A DNA stretch of 30,923 nt. Source: an uncultured archaeon (GTDB taxonomy: Archaea; Asgardarchaeota; Thorarchaeia; Thorarchaeales; Thorarchaeaceae). The position numbers and the translations under genes were made by a program. Position 1 is the first letter of the stretch, and each line of letters begins with the position of its first letter. Positions 16,480-25,248 of this stretch are shown here, piece after piece. A model generated the notes under the pieces. It had not been told where the DNA came from. It worked only from the letters and a program-made list of their open reading frames with translations, and did no database searches. The DNA lies in contig CAYYQL010000018.1 of the NCBI GenBank assembly GCA_964473825.1, positions 14,622 to 45,544 on the forward strand, written 5' to 3'.

Positions 16480-18771
16480 TCATAGTCGCCTGAAGTGGAC
16501 TCTGATCTCCTGCCCTGCCTTGAATTGTGCCTTGACTCTTGCGACTTCTGGGGCAATCTTCTCAATCTCTACCTGTTTGTCGTCGATCATAGCATCGATC
16601 GGTTCCCATTCACTAGAGAACACGAAAAAGACACACTCTTCCACGTGAGTATCTCTGTTCACGACAACACTCAGCTCGTTCTGAGATGGATCCCAGTCTT
16701 GATTCTTCAGCTCAACGGCTCCTTGCGAAAAGTGTATCGACGTACTAAGAACACACGGGACTTGCGTCTTTGGCTTGATGGTCAACAGTCTACAGGAATG
16801 AGGCTCCACGTTTTCGATATTCACTATGTCCTCGGTCTCACCCTCGTAGGTGTGCTCCCAGAACTCGAAGACATGGCAGGGTACGCCTTCATCGCGTCCT
16901 ATGTCAGTCAATGAGAACTCGATATCTGTGGCTTCTTCCGTCAGATTAACGACTGCCACAATGGTCCACTGGCCCATATGACAGTCGAGTGGCAGGGCAA
17001 ACAAACTGGGCTCGGCCTTGCACAGGGCATCGGGGCTGAAACCACCATTTCTCATTGGGGGCAGTATCTTGTCCACTAATGCTAGGCGCTCCTCGTTGAC
17101 CTCCATCATCCGATCACTGAGTAGCACGGCGCCTCCGCTCACAGCAACAACCGAGAGCCAGAGTCGCACCTCATCGAGGGTCAGGTTATTATCATCCTGT
17201 CTCACGAGAATACAGTCCGGGTCGTTCATCCAGAACCTGTTGTGGAGGTTCGCTCTGGTCATAGTATTGATGCAGCACTCGTAAACTCCTCCACCCCATT
17301 CAAGACGCCAGTCTGTGGCGATGTCGGTACCTATCCTCATCATGTTGACAAGGCCGATACATGGCCCGAGGGGCGCTCCGCAACCCAATATGAGTGAGTT
17401 CCCCACCGATTCTCGTATCTTCTCCAGCCCTCGTCTGAGAGCTTGTGTGCCTGTCAGCTTGTTGTCATACCTTTTACCCTGAACAGCGGCATGGTATAAG
17501 AAGTCGATTTTGAAGTACTGAAAGCCCTCTTCTCTCAGTGTCTTGAAAAGAATCTCAATAAAATCAAGAACAAGGGGATTCGTGAGGTCGAGGGCGTAGT
17601 ACTTACCCAGCCAGAGCGGGTTCTCGTCTACAGGAATGGGCTCATTGTTATCATCTCGCACAAACCAATCAGGTCTGTCCTTGAATATCTCCGAGTGCTC
17701 AGAGGCGATGAAAGGTGCTGTCCAGATGCCAGCCCTATAGCCAGCTTCTTCGGCCTCTTTCACTATCTTGCCAAGCCCTGACGAGAACCTCTCATTCGTT
17801 TCCCAGTCGCCGACTGCCTTCTGATACCCATCATCCAACTGGATCCACCCAATGTCTGGGAATCGCTTCTTCAGGAACGATATGTTCTCTACGATCTCTT
17901 GTTCATCAGGCATTGTGTAGTAGAAGTACCAGCTGCACCAACCAGTAGGCACATCATCCCAACTGATTGCCTGCATTCTCTTGGCAAGAGTGTCAGTATA
18001 CATCTCAAGACACTCTGATGGATTGTTTCCAACTGTCACAAGGAGTTCTTCAGACATAAGAGTTGCATTGGTACCCAGAGCAATTCCATCCGTGAAACAG
18101 CTAGATGCTATCTGTGCTAGTCTCTTGTCTTCTTCTTTCCTGCCGAAGAACATAATCTTCGGATGTTGGTCTCTTAGTGTCACGAAGCCCAGAGTAATTG
18201 AATTGTTGCTCTTCGTATTGTGAAGAACCGAGTAATAGTGGCTTACGTTCCTTCCATTAGCTATCTCTGAGGCTTGGCTCAATTCCCAAGAGTGATACCC
18301 ATTCCTGAAGAAGAGGAGTTCTTGGGACTTCCACCCGGTATAAACTCTAGTGGCATCGTCTACATCGATGACTAGGGGGTCTATCGAGTCTACCTTCACC
18401 GAGTCGCCAGTTCTGTTTTTGAATTGCACTACAGACGAATACCCTGGGTATTCCTTTGTTATACTTAGTTTGACATGAATCTCAGCTGTCTGTTCCGTAT
18501 TCTGCAGACGGATTACTACTGCCTTTCCTTCTCCCCGCTCATCCCTGAAATCCAGAGTGCTGAAACTCTTGTAGATCATCTGTCTCGAGTCGAAGACTTC
18601 CTGTTCCGTATGAACCTGGATGTAGCCACGCGAGAAGCACATATCTTTCTCATCAGAAGAAGTCAGCATAAGGAGGCCAAGCTGTGTATCGAAGAAAATC
18701 GTGACATTGCCATTGCTCAGGCGGATTCCCTCTTCAGTCACTTCAAGTTGACACGGATTCTCGTCAGACAA
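16480..18771 (-). CDS. Glycoside hydrolase family 36 alpha-galactosidase
   Basis: PTGWCSWY, IQLDDGYQ, GIWTAPF, FKIDF (nucleophile), MRIGTD (acid/base), WMNDPDC. Confidence 0.92.
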   Translation of the reverse strand: MSDENPCQLEVTEEGIRLSNGNVTIFFDTQLGLLMLTSSDEKDMCFSRGYIQVHTEQEVFDSRQMIYKSFSTLDFRDERGEGKAVVIRLQNTEQTAEIHVKLSITKEYPGYSSVVQFKNRTGDSVKVDSIDPLVIDVDDATRVYTGWKSQELLFFRNGYHSWELSQASEIANGRNVSHYYSVLHNTKSNNSITLGFVTLRDQHPKIMFFGRKEEDKRLAQIASSCFTDGIALGTNATLMSEELLVTVGNNPSECLEMYTDTLAKRMQAISWDDVPTGWCSWYFYYTMPDEQEIVENISFLKKRFPDIGWIQLDDGYQKAVGDWETNERFSSGLGKIVKEAEEAGYRAGIWTAPFIASEHSEIFKDRPDWFVRDDNNEPIPVDENPLWLGKYYALDLTNPLVLDFIEILFKTLREEGFQYFKIDFLYHAAVQGKRYDNKLTGTQALRRGLEKIRESVGNSLILGCGAPLGPCIGLVNMMRIGTDIATDWRLEWGGGVYECCINTMTRANLHNRFWMNDPDCILVRQDDNNLTLDEVRLWLSVVAVSGGAVLLSDRMMEVNEERLALVDKILPPMRNGGFSPDALCKAEPSLFALPLDCHMGQWTIVAVVNLTEEATDIEFSLTDIGRDEGVPCHVFEFWEHTYEGETEDIVNIENVEPHSCRLLTIKPKTQVPCVLSTSIHFSQGAVELKNQDWDPSQNELSVVVNRDTHVEECVFFVFSSEWEPIDAMIDDKQVEIEKIAPEVARVKAQFKAGQEIRVHFRRL

Positions 18772-18833
18772 GTAGCCACCAACCTCTCTTCTGCTGCCTT
18801 ATACATCTCCCTCTTATCCTTTGCCTGAAAGAC

Positions 18834-19391
18834 TCAGTTAGATAGTCGTGATGCCCTTTCTATGGCATCGTCTGCTGCTTCATACTCAAACAATCTCTTG
18901 TGAGCTGTGGCGAGAAGTTCCCATACTTCTCTGTCATTCGGCTGCATCTCCAAGTATCTCTTAGAGTAGACCTTGACCTCTTCCCATTCATTCCGCGCCT
19001 CATGTATCTTGGCGGTGTAATATAATGCCCTCTTGTGATTTCTTTCTGGCCCCATGAGTTCATGAAACACTGTCATCGCTTCATTCCACTCTTCGTTCTC
19101 ATAGTGTTCCATGGCCTTCTCGAATCTCAGTTCCATATCACTGTATTCAGGTATCTTGCTCGCTATCTTACCTGTCACTAGAGTGGTGGAACAGCACACA
19201 ATCAGCATCGTTATTATCACAGTGACTCCCAGAACCATCAATGGTTCAACCGGCAGTATTCCATGGCCTCCTAGCCAAGCAACCACGATGCCGGAAATAA
19301 GCACGACCCCCCCAATTGCGAGCATTATCTTGATTCGGCTTCTTCCCTCTCTCTCAGGGACTTTGTCCAAGTCTATGCCTTCATCAAGCAT
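18834..19391 (-). CDS. Two-TM membrane protein with C-terminal TPR repeats
   Basis: Two hydrophobic helices, then TPR-like units (ALYYTAKIH...YLEMQPNDREVWELLA). Confidence 0.85.
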   Translation of the reverse strand: MLDEGIDLDKVPEREGRSRIKIMLAIGGVVLISGIVVAWLGGHGILPVEPLMVLGVTVIITMLIVCCSTTLVTGKIASKIPEYSDMELRFEKAMEHYENEEWNEAMTVFHELMGPERNHKRALYYTAKIHEARNEWEEVKVYSKRYLEMQPNDREVWELLATAHKRLFEYEAADDAIERASRLSN

Positions 19392-19411
19392 GGGATAGTT
19401 CTCCGCCTACT

Positions 19412-19427
19412 AGGAGTCTAGACTCCT
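19412..19427. promoter_or_regulatory. Perfect 16-bp palindrome (possible operator or hairpin)
   Basis: aggagtctagactcct is its own reverse complement; it lies 20 nt upstream of the 19391 start. Confidence 0.4.
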
Positions 19428-19444
19428 CTTTTAGGTCTGCTGAC

Positions 19445-20098
19445 TCAATCTCCGGGCCGGTTCTGATCCTGAGACTTGAACCTCTTAGCCTGTTTCTTCC
19501 TTTCCTCGTATTCTTTGTGTTGCCGCTGAGCTTCGAGATTCCTCATCGAAACGCTAATCCATCGGCCCACATGGTGCCTGAGTGATGGATTGAGTTTCAC
19601 AGCCAGTTCACCATATACCACTGCTTTCTCATGTTCTCCCTCGATGAAATGGGCATTTGCTTTGTTGTAAAGCGCCTCTGCATAATCTGGCTTGAGCGCC
19701 ACGGCTCGTGTATATGCTTCAATTGCTCGTTTCCCTTCCGCTAGACGAGAAAAGCAATTGCCCAGATTGTTCCAGACCTCGGGATCGTCGGGATTCAATT
19801 CGGCAGATCTCTCATAGCATTCTCGAGCCTTCTCATAATCGTAGAGCTCGTAGAGGGCATTTCCTTTGTTGAACCATACCTCGGGAATCATGTTATCAAT
19901 GGAGAGGGCGTCGTCGTAGGCCTTTACTGCCTCTTCAAGTTCTCCCGACTCTTGCAGAGCATAAGCCAGATTGTAGTATCCTTCAAGCGAATCTGGATTC
20001 TCCTTGAGGAGCTCTTTCAGATTCTCGACTGCTTCCTCGTACAGTCCTGCCTGTATTAGCTCAATTGCTTTCTGTAGTTGTTCACTCGAGTCTGACAT
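19445..20098 (-). CDS. Tetratricopeptide repeat protein
   Basis: About 5 canonical TPRs (YYNLAYAL, WFNKGNAL, WNNLGNCF, LYNKANAH). ATG 20098 (MSDSSEQL) avoids overlap with the upstream gene. Confidence 0.92.
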   Translation of the reverse strand: MSDSSEQLQKAIELIQAGLYEEAVENLKELLKENPDSLEGYYNLAYALQESGELEEAVKAYDDALSIDNMIPEVWFNKGNALYELYDYEKARECYERSAELNPDDPEVWNNLGNCFSRLAEGKRAIEAYTRAVALKPDYAEALYNKANAHFIEGEHEKAVVYGELAVKLNPSLRHHVGRWISVSMRNLEAQRQHKEYEERKKQAKRFKSQDQNRPGD

Positions 20099-20144
20099 CG
20101 ATACGCCGAGGGTACCTGACTGAATAAAGACTTCCGAAACAGGA

Positions 20145-20573
20145 CTAATCTGGGGTGCTGGCACTTCTTCTGCCAATTATCGTAAGGATGATTCCAATCC
20201 AGCCGATTGACTGTGAAATGGCCTCCAAGAGGTTAATGAGACCCTCTACACCTGCGAAGTATACCACCTTCACAAGTTGTATGATGAGCCCAATGAGCCC
20301 CATACCTGCGGCAATCCCTATGATGAATTTTCCCGTTCCCACGCGTGGAGTGGTGATGAGAAAGCCACCAGCAATGACTCCAATTCCTCCGAGACCTGCA
20401 ATGAAGACCAGCACCTTGAGCAGGATATCTACAATAGGAACCAGAAACTCCAGTTCAGGAATGGTTCCAATCAGACTCAGAAACTCAAGCGCACCGATGC
20501 TTCCCACAGCACCTGCGATGATGAGAAGGATTCCGCCTACTAGGCAGAGAAAAAGCGGTCTCTTGTTCTGCAA
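20145..20573 (-). CDS. Small Gly-rich 4-TM membrane protein
   Basis: Four hydrophobic Gly-rich helices; probable TTG start at 20573 after GGAGA (MQNKRPLFLC). The longer ORF would overlap the PHP gene. Confidence 0.75.
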   Translation of the reverse strand: MQNKRPLFLCLVGGILLIIAGAVGSIGALEFLSLIGTIPELEFLVPIVDILLKVLVFIAGLGGIGVIAGGFLITTPRVGTGKFIIGIAAGMGLIGLIIQLVKVVYFAGVEGLINLLEAISQSIGWIGIILTIIGRRSASTPD

Positions 20574-20634
20574 TTCTACAATCTCCGTGGGTAGGATATG
20601 TGTCAGACTTTTGTGTCTATCTGTCGGAGTCTCG

Positions 20635-21471
20635 CTACTTGGGACTCCAGAGTCTCTCGACTCCCAGTGCTCGAAGCATGGCATATGCCTGGGATATGCC
20701 TGCCCCGACATCTTCAGGGCAGTGAGCGTCCGAGGCAACAGTAATCTTGGACACACCTCGCTGCAAGAGTGCCTGAGTCAATTCCTCCCCGGGCATGGGT
20801 TGGTCTAAACCCTTTCTCAAGGGTGATGTATTTACCTCGAATCCGATATCGTGTTTCTTCATGAGCCTGGCAAGCTCCTCTACGTGTCGTATCCATGATG
20901 AACGGACTGCTCTACCGAAATGCTTCTCTCCATACCTTCTGTAGAGGTCGATGTGGGCCAAGATATCGAAGAATCCAGTTTCTATGGCCTCTTGTAGTGA
21001 CGAATAGTACTTGGATGTTGCCTGTTGCAGCGTACATTTGCTGAACACCTCATCTGCACCTTTGGGGGTTGATATGGCCTTATGATCGACAAGGTGTACA
21101 GCACCAATGAGGACGTCGAAATCAGTATCAAAGAACCTGTCTGGGAGTGCGCTCTCAAATTCGGGATGGTAGTCTATCTCCGCACCGAGGAGTATTCTTA
21201 GACCCGAGTTCTGATACCTGTCACGTGCATCAAGCACTTCTTCAACATACGCTTCAATCCATTCTCTAGATTGAACCGGAACTCTCTCTCCGTGAACCAT
21301 GACAAAGCAGTCATCAGTAAGGAGGTCTGTGTCAACATGGGTGGTAACTGCTATCTCTTCAAGGCCTTTCGCCAGAGCGAACTGGCAGAACTCGTCAATG
21401 GAGCCTACCGCATCGATTGAGTAGTTGGGGTGTGTGTGGTGATCTTGCAAGATCCAGTTTCTGTTCGTCAC
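20635..21471 (-). CDS. Histidinol-phosphatase HisJ/HisK-family PHP phosphoesterase
   Basis: DHHTH, TTH, GAEID, GAVH, LAHID, EVNTS, ASDAH..DVG motifs. Confidence 0.88.
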   Translation of the reverse strand: MTNRNWILQDHHTHPNYSIDAVGSIDEFCQFALAKGLEEIAVTTHVDTDLLTDDCFVMVHGERVPVQSREWIEAYVEEVLDARDRYQNSGLRILLGAEIDYHPEFESALPDRFFDTDFDVLIGAVHLVDHKAISTPKGADEVFSKCTLQQATSKYYSSLQEAIETGFFDILAHIDLYRRYGEKHFGRAVRSSWIRHVEELARLMKKHDIGFEVNTSPLRKGLDQPMPGEELTQALLQRGVSKITVASDAHCPEDVGAGISQAYAMLRALGVERLWSPK

Positions 21472-21523
21472 GGCATACTCACCCCCTCACTTCTAATCGG
21501 TTCTTTGCTGCCCATCTCCTGTG

Positions 21524-22744
21524 TCATCCTCTCTCACCATAGCCCTCTGATTCCTCCACAGGAGAGTGCTTCAGCGGTTCTTCTCTCATGAAGAGGGCAA
21601 CGATTGTTGCCAATACACTTGTTATAACGAGAAACAGGATTGATGCTTGGAGCCCATACAGGTCTCCTATTGCCCCAAAAATCCATGGTGAAAGTGCTCC
21701 TGGAAGTGCTCCCAGTGAGAAAAGGATTCCAAACGCCAGTCCCTTGCTCTGCTGCGGACTCACCTCTGTCTGAAAGGCTTGGTCTGGGGGAGTGCCCCAA
21801 TAGTAGAAGAATCCGATCCCCATCAACGTTACAGCAAGTAACGTCGGCGCTAGGGCGAAGTTCAAGAGGAGAAGCAACGGTGCCATGATGCCCGTGCTCA
21901 TGATCATAAAGGGCACTCTCTTTCCGATTCGGTCTGAAACCGGACTTGAGACTGTTTCTGCAACAAAACCTGTTGATATCATGAGTGTTGTGAGAGACCC
22001 TGCCCATACTGGTTCGTAACCGTAGCTTACGACAAGATAGAGGGGCATGAGAAGACTTGTGCATCGGAATGGTACCCCTCTGAGTCCCGAGTATAGTATC
22101 GCTAGGAAATAGTTTCTGGTCCATCCATCCGGCCCATCTCTATCATCTGGGCTGATCTCGCACTGCGAGCCAGTACTGTCTTGGCGCATCAGTACCATCA
22201 CAGGCACAAAGAGAAGGATTCCTGCGAATCCGAGAAGAACAAGAGAATCTCGCCAACTTCCAAGAGTCACGAGAAGAGCAACACCCAGCACGGGTATCAG
22301 CGCCGTTCCAATCAGTCCTCCCATAGCTTGGACTCCGACTGCGCTGGCCCGCTTCTTGGTGGGAAAGTGCTCTGAGAGAGCCGGAAACGAACAAGGATGG
22401 AACAACGAAACGCCTAGTCCGAGGGCAAGCATCAGAACAAAAAGATAGATGAAATCGCTTGCGAAACCTGCCATGAGTATGAAGAAACCACCCAATAACA
22501 CGCTGGTCGGAATGAAATAATTCCGCCATCCACGGTCTGCGCAGTATCCAACACCGAGATGTGCTAGGGTCATAGTCAATATTGCTGCACTTGTGACCAT
22601 TCCCGCCTGTGTCAGGCTCAGGGAGAGCTCTTCAGTTATCACTGGTAGGAACGGGGCGATTGCTCCTGTGTAGACATGATTTAGGAAATGGGCAAGTGTG
22701 CATGCAGCCAGTACTGCAACCGATGCGCTGGTGACCCTGTTCAC
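21524..22744 (-). CDS. MFS transporter
   Basis: About 12 TM helices; HFLNHVY N-terminus; motif-A-like GYCADRGWR and SDRIGKR; FHP motif (FsR-like). Confidence 0.92.
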   Translation of the reverse strand: MNRVTSASVAVLAACTLAHFLNHVYTGAIAPFLPVITEELSLSLTQAGMVTSAAILTMTLAHLGVGYCADRGWRNYFIPTSVLLGGFFILMAGFASDFIYLFVLMLALGLGVSLFHPCSFPALSEHFPTKKRASAVGVQAMGGLIGTALIPVLGVALLVTLGSWRDSLVLLGFAGILLFVPVMVLMRQDSTGSQCEISPDDRDGPDGWTRNYFLAILYSGLRGVPFRCTSLLMPLYLVVSYGYEPVWAGSLTTLMISTGFVAETVSSPVSDRIGKRVPFMIMSTGIMAPLLLLLNFALAPTLLAVTLMGIGFFYYWGTPPDQAFQTEVSPQQSKGLAFGILFSLGALPGALSPWIFGAIGDLYGLQASILFLVITSVLATIVALFMREEPLKHSPVEESEGYGERG

Positions 22745-22868
22745 AACGCTACCTCACTTTTTTGCGTGGTCAGGCAGACAAAGGACAACGAATTAAGAGT
22801 GCTGGTGTCAACATCTAGGAATCACTTGAGAGAGGAGCTTTTTGTGCAGAAGTAGCAACATCAGGCAA

Positions 22869-22926
22869 GCTGATGGCCAAGGATAACCTCGGCCATCAGC
22901 GCATCCGATTTTCGACTCGGTTTTTT
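22869..22926. other. Tandem stem-loops in the protease-MFS intergenic region
   Basis: gctgatggcc-a-agg-ataa-cct-c-ggccatcagc (fully paired with one G-U on the minus strand), then ccga...tcgg followed by tttttt. Confidence 0.5.
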
Positions 22927-23018
22927 GTGTGGGTTGGCTATGAAATGCTCCCTTTTAACCTTCCGAATCTAAGCAAGCTAAGTGTATCTGGAAGCACTTG
23001 GCATCTGTAGATCATATT

Positions 23019-24980
23019 CTACAGCAGACTTGTTATCCACATTGTGATTTTCAGAGCCAACAGATCATTGGCATCGGAGTTGTAGTGACCTCTCATTCCC
23101 CAGTTATCAATGAAGAAATTTGAGCCGCTTACAACAATACGTCCTCCACCCTCCTCTTCCAAACAGGAGAGCACAATCTTGCCCCCAAGGGTGGCGAGCG
23201 TTACCGCTTCTTGAGGGATTTTCATGGGGGCGCCAACAAAGTCGAAATCTGATATACCGCTCGTTATCGGGTGGGCGGAAAGGTCGGTTACAAGTGCCGG
23301 GCTGGAGCCGAAAGGCACTTTTGTGTAGTTGAACTGGATGCCCGTCCAATTGAGAAAGTCATTGAGGGAGGCGATGTCGAGACTCGAGTTCGACAAAGCA
23401 GCCACGAATATTCCTCCTCCTTGCTCGTAGTATTGCTGATACGCCTCCTTCTCTTGCTGCGAGAAAGGAAGCGAGAACTGCTCAAACTGGTCTGGAGTTG
23501 ATTCGTTGAAATCCCACGCACACGGATCGAGAAGGAATACTCCATCGTATTCCAGCAGCGTGGCAAGCGATGTCTGTGAGCTGTCTCTGATCTCTGTGAC
23601 GGATATATCGTTCGCGACGAGCTTCTCATAGAGTTCTCTAAACTGCCCGTAAGTTGTGTCAATACTCCACGTCGTGTGACTGATGTCAAATGCAATTCGT
23701 GCCACTGGGTCATCAGCCTCGAATTCGATGAATAGTGATGCAACCGAAGACTCCGATTCAAAGGTGATATTTGCAGCGTAGGTGCCCGGGCCGCTTGTAG
23801 GTACTGAGATGTTCAATCTGAACAGGCCGGTCTGATTGATCGAGTAGGTCGCGGGAAGCTCGAATACCTCTGGGGTTGTGGACTCTACCTCCACTTCAAA
23901 GGTTGTATACTGTGATGAAAAGATTTGAACATTGAAATAATACCTATCTCCAAGGAACAGCCTCTCAAAATCGAGTGGCAAGTTCTTCGGATGGACATAA
24001 GCGATGTGGGGTATTGTTCCCGTCACATTAGACTGAGCGAGTAAGTTGATTGCTGCAGAGATGTCAAGGCTTCCTGCTCCAACCACGTATGGTGCATAAG
24101 GCATTTTCCTTGCTGAGCTGAAGAGCAACGAGAAGATCAAACCTGGGCTCCAATCGATGTTGTTTGACTTGCAATAAGCAATAATGTCGGCTGCACCTGC
24201 ACTGACTTTGGGTGCCGCGAAACTCGTACCGTAGTATCTTGCAGAAGACGTCTCAACATAACCGGGGGCTGCGATATCCGGCTTGACCATTCTTGTGGCT
24301 GTTGGTCCTCTACTTGAGTATTCTGCTGGAATTCCATATTCATCGAGTCCTGCCACTGCTATGCAATGAGGATACACTGCAGGAGTAGATATCGTGTTTC
24401 CTGCCAGTCCGCCCTCTCCAGAGTTACCTCCAGCAGCTACAACGACAGCTCCATGGTAGAAAGCATATTCCATGGCCTCCTCTAATGGGTCCCCGTAGGT
24501 GGGACTCCCACCGAGACTCAGGTTGATCACTGAGCAATTCTGTTCTATTGCCCAGTGGATTGCTGCGATGAGTCCTTCTGTTGTCGCTCCTCTCTCTTGA
24601 GCCATGACCTTGGCATTTACAAGGAGTACGTTGCTGCTTGCCTGAACAATTCCTTTTGCAACCAGAGTGCCATGGGGAGTGCCTTGCGGACTCGAATCGG
24701 TAACTGATGGGTCCGAGATGTTATAGCCAAACTCTGGCAAGACAAAGCTCCTTTCAGCTACTACCTTTCCCTGCAGTGTCAAATCGATGTTCATCCCCGA
24801 GTCGAGTACGGCAACTCTCACTGACGTTTCAGACTCTGGACTTGGGAAATCCAGTTCCAAGATCGCGAAAATGCCGCCGCTGAGTACAATCATGGCAATG
24901 ATGATAATGGCCAGAATCTTTCTTGTGCTTGAGCCAGTACTCTTGGGTCGTGTAGGTGATGGTTCCCAGTATCTGTACAA
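23019..24980 (-). CDS. Membrane-anchored S8 subtilisin-like serine protease with Ig-like and C-terminal GATase-like (DUF4350/ABC-aux-like) domains
   Basis: Catalytic VAVLDSG, PHGTLVA, AAGGNSG, GTSFAAP; N-terminal TM helix; probable TTG start at 24980 after GGTGA (the ORF track starts at 25007). Confidence 0.9.
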   Translation of the reverse strand: MYRYWEPSPTRPKSTGSSTRKILAIIIIAMIVLSGGIFAILELDFPSPESETSVRVAVLDSGMNIDLTLQGKVVAERSFVLPEFGYNISDPSVTDSSPQGTPHGTLVAKGIVQASSNVLLVNAKVMAQERGATTEGLIAAIHWAIEQNCSVINLSLGGSPTYGDPLEEAMEYAFYHGAVVVAAGGNSGEGGLAGNTISTPAVYPHCIAVAGLDEYGIPAEYSSRGPTATRMVKPDIAAPGYVETSSARYYGTSFAAPKVSAGAADIIAYCKSNNIDWSPGLIFSLLFSSARKMPYAPYVVGAGSLDISAAINLLAQSNVTGTIPHIAYVHPKNLPLDFERLFLGDRYYFNVQIFSSQYTTFEVEVESTTPEVFELPATYSINQTGLFRLNISVPTSGPGTYAANITFESESSVASLFIEFEADDPVARIAFDISHTTWSIDTTYGQFRELYEKLVANDISVTEIRDSSQTSLATLLEYDGVFLLDPCAWDFNESTPDQFEQFSLPFSQQEKEAYQQYYEQGGGIFVAALSNSSLDIASLNDFLNWTGIQFNYTKVPFGSSPALVTDLSAHPITSGISDFDFVGAPMKIPQEAVTLATLGGKIVLSCLEEEGGGRIVVSGSNFFIDNWGMRGHYNSDANDLLALKITMWITSLL

Positions 24981-25248
24981 TGATTTCACCAGCTGGACCG
25001 TATTCAATGCGGCCTATCTGTTGACTCCTTAGACCACATGAACCTATCGGCAATGGCATCTAGGGCTAAGAAGCATGGTAAGATATATGAGCTCTAGCCT
25101 CCCTGTTTTAAGGAGGCGGCCTAGACAGAATCGCAAGAGCAAATCGGAAGAGGAACTCTATGAACGAAATCATTGAGTTGGCTTTGGCACAAGTTCATTT
25201 ATTTGGTTCAGGGCGATTTTCTGCTCTAGGCAACGAGAGGTAGACACC

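Noticed and set aside
20099-20176. TTG-initiated extension of the TPR gene
   Set aside because: Overlaps the upstream gene's 3' end; the TPR pattern starts after ATG 20098.
20155-20808. 217-aa + strand ORF, and the long 20756 start of the minus-strand membrane protein
   Set aside because: The first is an antisense shadow of the 4-TM gene; the extension overlaps the PHP gene by more than 100 nt.
21534-22529. Alternative-frame ORFs (196 and 128 aa) within the MFS gene
   Set aside because: Fully nested in a well-supported CDS, with no motifs.
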